A stretch of DNA of 64,000 nucleotides from Escherichia coli (lineage in GTDB: Bacteria > Pseudomonadota > Gammaproteobacteria > Enterobacterales > Enterobacteriaceae), in the NCBI RefSeq assembly GCF_041886205.1, contig NZ_CP169029.1. One strand, given 5' to 3'. The position numbers and the translations under genes were made by a program. Shown here one piece after another: positions 57,286 to 64,000 of the stretch (the stretch's first letter is position 1; each line of letters opens with the position of its first letter). The notes under the pieces were generated by a model, which did no database searches, was not told where the DNA came from, and saw only the letters and a list, made by a program, of their open reading frames with translations.

Positions 57286-57909
57286 ATGCTCGTCTATTGG
57301 CTGGATATAGTCGGCACAGCGGTATTTGCCATCTCCGGCGTTTTGTTAGCCGGAAAATTGCGTATGGACCCTTTTGGTGTTCTGGTACTGGGCGTGGTAA
57401 CCGCAGTAGGCGGCGGAACAATTCGCGACATGGCGCTGGATCACGGCCCGGTATTTTGGGTGAAAGATCCCACCGATCTGGTCGTTGCAATGGTCACCAG
57501 CATGCTGACCATCGTGCTGGTGCGCCAGCCAAGACGCTTACCAAAATGGATGTTGCCGGTGCTGGACGCCGTTGGTCTGGCGGTGTTTGTCGGCATTGGC
57601 GTGAATAAAGCCTTTAATGCGGAAGCCGGTCCGTTAATCGCGGTTTGCATGGGCGTCATTACTGGCGTTGGCGGCGGGATCATTCGTGATGTACTGGCCC
57701 GAGAGATCCCCATGATTTTACGTACAGAAATCTACGCAACTGCCTGTATTATCGGCGGTATTGTCCACGCTACGGCTTATTACACATTTTCCGTACCACT
57801 GGAAACAGCCAGTATGATGGGCATGGTCGTGACGCTATTGATTCGGCTGGCGGCTATTCGTTGGCATCTTAAGCTACCGACGTTTGCGCTGGATGAGAAT
57901 GGGCGTTGA
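57286..57909 (+). CDS. yadS: Inner-membrane protein YadS (UPF0126, glycine-transporter-like repeats)
   Basis: 207-aa hydrophobic ORF with duplicated GGGxIRD motif. Confidence 0.9.
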   Translation: MLVYWLDIVGTAVFAISGVLLAGKLRMDPFGVLVLGVVTAVGGGTIRDMALDHGPVFWVKDPTDLVVAMVTSMLTIVLVRQPRRLPKWMLPVLDAVGLAVFVGIGVNKAFNAEAGPLIAVCMGVITGVGGGIIRDVLAREIPMILRTEIYATACIIGGIVHATAYYTFSVPLETASMMGMVVTLLIRLAAIRWHLKLPTFALDENGR

Positions 57910-57919
57910 AGAGAGAAGA

Positions 57920-57944
57920 TGTGCCGGATAGTTTATCCGGCACA
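57920..57944. terminator. Hairpin between convergent yadS and erpA
   Basis: tgtgccggatagtttatccggcaca perfect inverted repeat with no clear T-tract; possibly a bidirectional terminator or REP-like element. Confidence 0.45.
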
Positions 57945-57955
57945 TGAACAACAGA

Positions 57956-58300
57956 TTAGATGCTAAAGGAAGAACCGCAACCGCAGGTGCTTTTCGCGTT
58001 CGGGTTGGTCACGATGAAACGAGAACCTTCCAGTCCTTCGGTGTAGTCAACGGAACCGCCGACCAGATATTGCAGGCTCATCGGATCAACCACCAGGCCA
58101 ACGCCCTGTTTTTCGATGGTCATATCGCCTTCGTTCACCTGATCATCAAAGGTGAAACCATACTGGAAGCCGCTGCAACCGCCACCGGTGATATACACGC
58201 GTAATTTCAGATTCGGGTTATCTTCGTCAGCGATCAGGCTTTTAACTTTGTTGGCTGCTGCGTCGGTAAACTCCAGCGGCAGTGCTACGTCATCACTCAT
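57956..58300 (-). CDS. erpA: Iron-sulfur cluster insertion protein ErpA (A-type carrier)
   Basis: 114 aa from [19 protein letters not shown]; C-terminal CGCG motif; the track ORF is extended 11 codons upstream. Confidence 0.94.
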
Positions 58301-58381
58301 ATTTTGCTCCAAACGACATCGGCAATTGGGCAAATTCTAACCCAATAATAATCGCCATTATCTAATACCCTGGTATTTCGT

Positions 58382-59821
<1,440 letters not shown>

Positions 59822-60027
59822 TCATACAAATAAGATGACGGCATTTTACTCGCACGTTCCATGAAAATCCTTTGCAAAGCGTAATGTTTCAAATGCACAA
59901 AACTTTTATACTCTAAGAAATCAGGATTGCACCAGTACAAGCAGCCTGATGTTTGACGAGTATTTAACTTGTTATGAATAACATAGAATAGCAGCCATTC
60001 ACTTTTTCTACGAATCAGGAACCCTCC

Positions 60028-61308
60028 ATGAGTAAGTCTGAAAATCTTTACAGCGCAGCGCGCGAGCTGATCCCTGGCGGTGTGAACTCCCCTGTTCGCG
60101 CCTTTACTGGCGTGGGCGGCACTCCACTGTTTATCGAAAAAGCGGACGGCGCTTATCTGTACGATGTTGATGGCAAAGCCTATATCGATTATGTCGGTTC
60201 CTGGGGGCCGATGGTGCTGGGCCATAACCATCCGGCAATCCGCAATGCCGTGATTGAAGCCGCCGAGCGTGGTTTAAGCTTTGGTGCACCAACCGAAATG
60301 GAAGTGAAAATGGCGCAACTGGTGACCGAACTGGTCCCGACCATGGATATGGTGCGCATGGTGAACTCCGGCACTGAAGCGACCATGAGCGCCATCCGCC
60401 TGGCCCGTGGTTTTACCGGTCGCGACAAAATCATTAAATTTGAAGGTTGTTACCACGGTCACGCTGACTGCCTGCTGGTGAAAGCCGGTTCTGGCGCACT
60501 CACGTTAGGCCAGCCAAACTCGCCGGGTGTTCCGGCAGATTTCGCCAAACATACCTTAACCTGTACTTATAACGATCTGGCTTCTGTACGCGCCGCGTTT
60601 GAGCAATACCCGCAAGAGATTGCCTGTATTATCGTTGAGCCGGTGGCAGGCAATATGAACTGTGTTCCGCCGCTGCCAGAGTTCCTGCCAGGTCTGCGCG
60701 CGCTGTGCGACGAATTTGGCGCATTGCTGATCATCGATGAAGTAATGACTGGCTTCCGCGTGGCACTGGCTGGTGCACAGGATTATTACGGCGTAGTGCC
60801 AGATTTAACCTGCCTCGGAAAAATCATCGGCGGTGGAATGCCGGTAGGCGCATTCGGTGGTCGTCGTGATGTAATGGATGCGCTGGCCCCGACGGGTCCG
60901 GTCTATCAGGCGGGTACGCTTTCCGGTAACCCAATTGCGATGGCAGCCGGTTTCGCCTGTCTGAATGAAGTCGCGCAGCCGGGCGTTCACGAAACGTTGG
61001 ATGAGCTGACATCACGTCTGGCAGAAGGTCTGCTGGAAGCGGCAGAAGAAGCCGGAATTCCGCTGGTCGTTAACCACGTTGGCGGCATGTTCGGTATTTT
61101 CTTTACCGACGCAGAGTCCGTGACGTGCTATCAGGATGTGATGGCCTGTGACGTGGAACGCTTTAAGCGTTTCTTCCATATGATGCTGGATGAAGGTGTT
61201 TACCTGGCACCGTCAGCGTTTGAAGCGGGCTTTATGTCCGTGGCGCACAGCATGGAAGATATCAATAACACCATCGATGCTGCACGTCGGGTGTTTGCGA
61301 AGTTGTGA
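60028..61308 (+). CDS. hemL: Glutamate-1-semialdehyde 2,1-aminomutase
   Basis: 426-aa ORF; class III aminotransferase; recognised HemL. Confidence 0.96.
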   Translation: MSKSENLYSAARELIPGGVNSPVRAFTGVGGTPLFIEKADGAYLYDVDGKAYIDYVGSWGPMVLGHNHPAIRNAVIEAAERGLSFGAPTEMEVKMAQLVTELVPTMDMVRMVNSGTEATMSAIRLARGFTGRDKIIKFEGCYHGHADCLLVKAGSGALTLGQPNSPGVPADFAKHTLTCTYNDLASVRAAFEQYPQEIACIIVEPVAGNMNCVPPLPEFLPGLRALCDEFGALLIIDEVMTGFRVALAGAQDYYGVVPDLTCLGKIIGGGMPVGAFGGRRDVMDALAPTGPVYQAGTLSGNPIAMAAGFACLNEVAQPGVHETLDELTSRLAEGLLEAAEEAGIPLVVNHVGGMFGIFFTDAESVTCYQDVMACDVERFKRFFHMMLDEGVYLAPSAFEAGFMSVAHSMEDINNTIDAARRVFAKL

Positions 61309-61315
61309 TGATTTT

Positions 61316-61336
61316 GCCTCGCCCACCGGGCGAGGC
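61316..61336. terminator. Hairpin between convergent hemL and fhuB (probable bidirectional terminator)
   Basis: gcctcgcccaccgggcgaggc inverted repeat. Confidence 0.65.
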
Positions 61337-61342
61337 ATTCAA

Positions 61343-63325
61343 TTAACGGCTCTGCTTTCTCAACAAATAGATAAAATATGGCGCGCCGATAAAGGTTGAC
61401 AGCAGCCCCGCCGGGATCTGGAATGGAAACAGCACCATCCGCCCACACCAGTCAGCGAACACCAGCAATAAACCACCCACCAGCGCCGAAATTACGATGT
61501 GCGGCATCGTCCGTCGAAAGCCCATCATCCGCGCAATATGCGGTGCCATTAAACCAACAAAACTCAACGGTCCAATAGTCATCGTCGCGGTCGCCGTCAG
61601 GCAAGCCGCTAACAGCAGCAGCGCAATTCGCGTCGGCGTCAGCGCCATTCCTACGGCTCGGGCGGTATCACCACCCAGCGGTAAAATGGTCAGCCAGCGG
61701 CGGCACAGCGGGGTAATCGCCAGCAAAATCACCATCACAATTCCGGTGCGCCAGACCTGCGCATCGGTCGCGTTGTAGGTCGAACCGGAAATCCAGGTCA
61801 GCACTTGCGCCATTCGCGGGTCACCACTTGCCTGCAACATCATCAAAAGCATGGTGAACGCGGTACTTAACGCCATCCCCGCCAGTAACATGCGGTGTGG
61901 GGAAAATCCACCGCGTCCGGCGGCGATCATAATGATCAACAGCGTCACCGCCGCCCCGAGACTGCCTGCGGGTAACAGCCAGCCAAAGGCATTACCCGGT
62001 ACCAGAAACAGCATTAACACCACACCAAACGCCGCGCCGGAGCTAATCCCCAGCACTTCCGGGCTTGCCATCGGGTTGCCGGTCAGTCGCTGAATAATAC
62101 AGCCCGCTACCGCCAGCATGACGCCCGCAAACAGCGCCGCCATAATTCGCGGCCAGCGCCAGGGCATTAAATCCTCGAGCAACGCCCCGCTCGCCCACGT
62201 CCAGCCGTGCGCATCACGACCAAACGACAGCGCCACCACCACAGCCATCAACAACAGCACGCCGCCCGCGAGGGCAAACGCCAGCACATGTTGGCGTTCA
62301 GTCGCGACACGATCGTTAACCTTCATATCCGGCGCGCTAATGCTGCGTAAACGCGGCAGCAGCCACAGTAGCAGCGGCGCACCGATCAACGCAGTGACCG
62401 AACCGGTGGAAACTTCCATCCACACGCGAGTCAGCCAGAGGATGATTTGATCAGAAAGCCACAGAATTAACGCACCAATCAGCGACGCCAGCATCAACCG
62501 TGGCAACAAACGCCGCGCCCCCAGCATTTTTGCCAGCAGCGGCGCGAACAACCCGATAAAGCCGATAATCCCTACCGCATTCACCAGCAGCGCACTGATG
62601 ACTATCGCCAGCGACAGCGCCGCCAGACGCGCGAGCGACAAGGCCAGCCCGAGATTGCGCGCCACGCCATCATCAAGCCCCATCAGGGTTAACGGGCGAA
62701 GTAGCAATAACGTCAACATCACGCCGCCCAGCAACTGCGGCCATAAACGCTCAACGCCGCCCCAGTCGGTTTGCGTCAGCGTTCCGGTGCTCCACAGGAA
62801 CATGCTTTGCAGCTGGTCGTGATGGAAGATAACCAGTAGCTGATTAATTGCCCCGCAATAAAGGCTCACCACCAGCCCCGCGAGAATAAGCGTAACCGGC
62901 GAAAGCCGTTTCCCCCACGCGACGCCAAAGACGATTAAGCCAACGACACAAGCGCCCACCAGCGCGGCAAACTGGCTCGCCATAGCACCTGGGATCGCCC
63001 AAAGTGTGGTGACGGTAATTCCCAGTTGCGCGCCTGTAGCAACGCCAAGCGTCGTCGGCTCCGCCAGCGGGTTACGCAGCACTTGCTGAAACAGCACGCC
63101 CACCAGCCCCAGGCCCGCGCCCACCAGCAGCGAAATCGCCAGACGCGGCAACAAGCTGTAGTGAAAAATCATCTGCTCGATGACGTCAATATCCGGCGAC
63201 CAGGTGGCCTGCGCCCACTGGCTGCGCGGCAGCGCCTGCGAAAAAGTCATCCAGGTGAGCGCCGTAGCGGCAATCACCAACAGCGCCAGCAATAACGCCG
63301 GAAAAAGCGCAATTCGTTTACTCAC
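61343..63325 (-). CDS. fhuB: Ferric hydroxamate ABC transporter permease (duplicated permease domain)
   Basis: 660-aa polytopic ORF consisting of two FecCD-type halves; recognised FhuB. Confidence 0.96.
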   Translation of the reverse strand: MSKRIALFPALLLALLVIAATALTWMTFSQALPRSQWAQATWSPDIDVIEQMIFHYSLLPRLAISLLVGAGLGLVGVLFQQVLRNPLAEPTTLGVATGAQLGITVTTLWAIPGAMASQFAALVGACVVGLIVFGVAWGKRLSPVTLILAGLVVSLYCGAINQLLVIFHHDQLQSMFLWSTGTLTQTDWGGVERLWPQLLGGVMLTLLLLRPLTLMGLDDGVARNLGLALSLARLAALSLAIVISALLVNAVGIIGFIGLFAPLLAKMLGARRLLPRLMLASLIGALILWLSDQIILWLTRVWMEVSTGSVTALIGAPLLLWLLPRLRSISAPDMKVNDRVATERQHVLAFALAGGVLLLMAVVVALSFGRDAHGWTWASGALLEDLMPWRWPRIMAALFAGVMLAVAGCIIQRLTGNPMASPEVLGISSGAAFGVVLMLFLVPGNAFGWLLPAGSLGAAVTLLIIMIAAGRGGFSPHRMLLAGMALSTAFTMLLMMLQASGDPRMAQVLTWISGSTYNATDAQVWRTGIVMVILLAITPLCRRWLTILPLGGDTARAVGMALTPTRIALLLLAACLTATATMTIGPLSFVGLMAPHIARMMGFRRTMPHIVISALVGGLLLVFADWCGRMVLFPFQIPAGLLSTFIGAPYFIYLLRKQSR

Positions 63326-64000
63326 GCTTTACCTCCGATGGCGTTATCCAGAACGCGCACAAAGTGCATTGCCGAGAGCGTCGCACCATAAAACCAGACT
63401 GCAGGTACGCGCTGAAAGCGTCCGGCGCGGACAAACGGCATGGCCTGCCACAGCGGCGTTGCCATTAGCGCATCCATGTCTTTGCTGTTGTCGTGATCAA
63501 AACAGAGCACATCAACGTCTTTATACGCCGCCAGACGATCGATACTGACGGCGGTACTGCCCCAGAAGTTGGTTTCCCCTTGCCAGGCATTTGGGATGCC
63601 GTACTCATCGAGAATTTCCTGAAACAAGCTGTTTGGACCGAAAACCAGCATATGGCGCGGATCGATAAGCGTCGTCAGCAATAACGGGCGTGCACCACGC
63701 TTCACAAAGCGGGGTTTCATGCTGCGGATAAAGTCTTCATATTGCGCTAAATGCGTTTCTGCTGCGCTTTGCAGGTTAAGTAAATCTGCCATTTCCGTCA
63801 GCGATTTACGCGCCATCGCCAGCGGCTGTTTGCCGTCGCTGAAGTTAAATCCGCGACCCGGTGCAATACGTGCCAGCATTTCTGGTGAAGGGCCATATCC
63901 TGCCGACCAGACCATAAACGACGGTTTCATTTCGGTCAGCAGTTCAAGGTTAGGTTCTGTACGCAAACCAACGTCAATCACTGAGTCCGGCAATAGCGGT
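63322..64000 (-). CDS. fhuD: Ferric hydroxamate periplasmic binding protein, partial (C-terminal part only; N-terminus lies beyond the window end)
   Basis: In-frame ORF running to the window edge; 4-bp overlap with the fhuB start; recognised FhuD C-terminal sequence. Confidence 0.9.
   Translation of the reverse strand, partial: PLLPDSVIDVGLRTEPNLELLTEMKPSFMVWSAGYGPSPEMLARIAPGRGFNFSDGKQPLAMARKSLTEMADLLNLQSAAETHLAQYEDFIRSMKPRFVKRGARPLLLTTLIDPRHMLVFGPNSLFQEILDEYGIPNAWQGETNFWGSTAVSIDRLAAYKDVDVLCFDHDNSKDMDALMATPLWQAMPFVRAGRFQRVPAVWFYGATLSAMHFVRVLDNAIGGKA

Overview
This window is a conserved Escherichia coli core-chromosome segment (reverse complement of the K-12 fhuD–gloB interval, roughly min 3.5–5), and I found no evidence of a novel or undescribed system in it. 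Identification rests on recognising the translated ORFs and the rRNA/tRNA sequences from memory; no database search was run. Gene order on the + strand is gloB, mltD, yafE, yafD, yafC, dkgB, the complete rrnH operon (aspU, 5S, 23S, alaV, ileV, 16S, all on the minus strand), gmhB, metNIQ, rcsF, tsaA, proS, yaeF, nlpE, arfB, yaeQ, yaeP, rof, tilS, yaeR, ldcC, accA, dnaE, rnhB, lpxB, lpxA, fabZ, lpxD, skp, bamA, rseP, cdsA, ispU, dxr, frr, pyrH, tsf, rpsB, map, glnD, dapD, yaeI, yaeH, cdaR, degP, dgt, mtnN, btuF, yadS, erpA, clcA, hemL, fhuB and the 3' part of fhuD. There is no insertion relative to the K-12 order, and no IS element, prophage, CRISPR array or defence island. The one observation worth a real second look is that bamA carries a variant allele: relative to the K-12 BamA I recall, the differences cluster in three surface-loop segments (L4, L6, L7) and give an 806-aa rather than 810-aa protein. 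That pattern is a known type of surface-loop diversification, not a new system, and it suggests the source strain is not K-12. The other findings are lower-interest regulatory and annotation notes. Several six-frame track ORFs are N-terminally over-extended and were trimmed to the starts I recognise.
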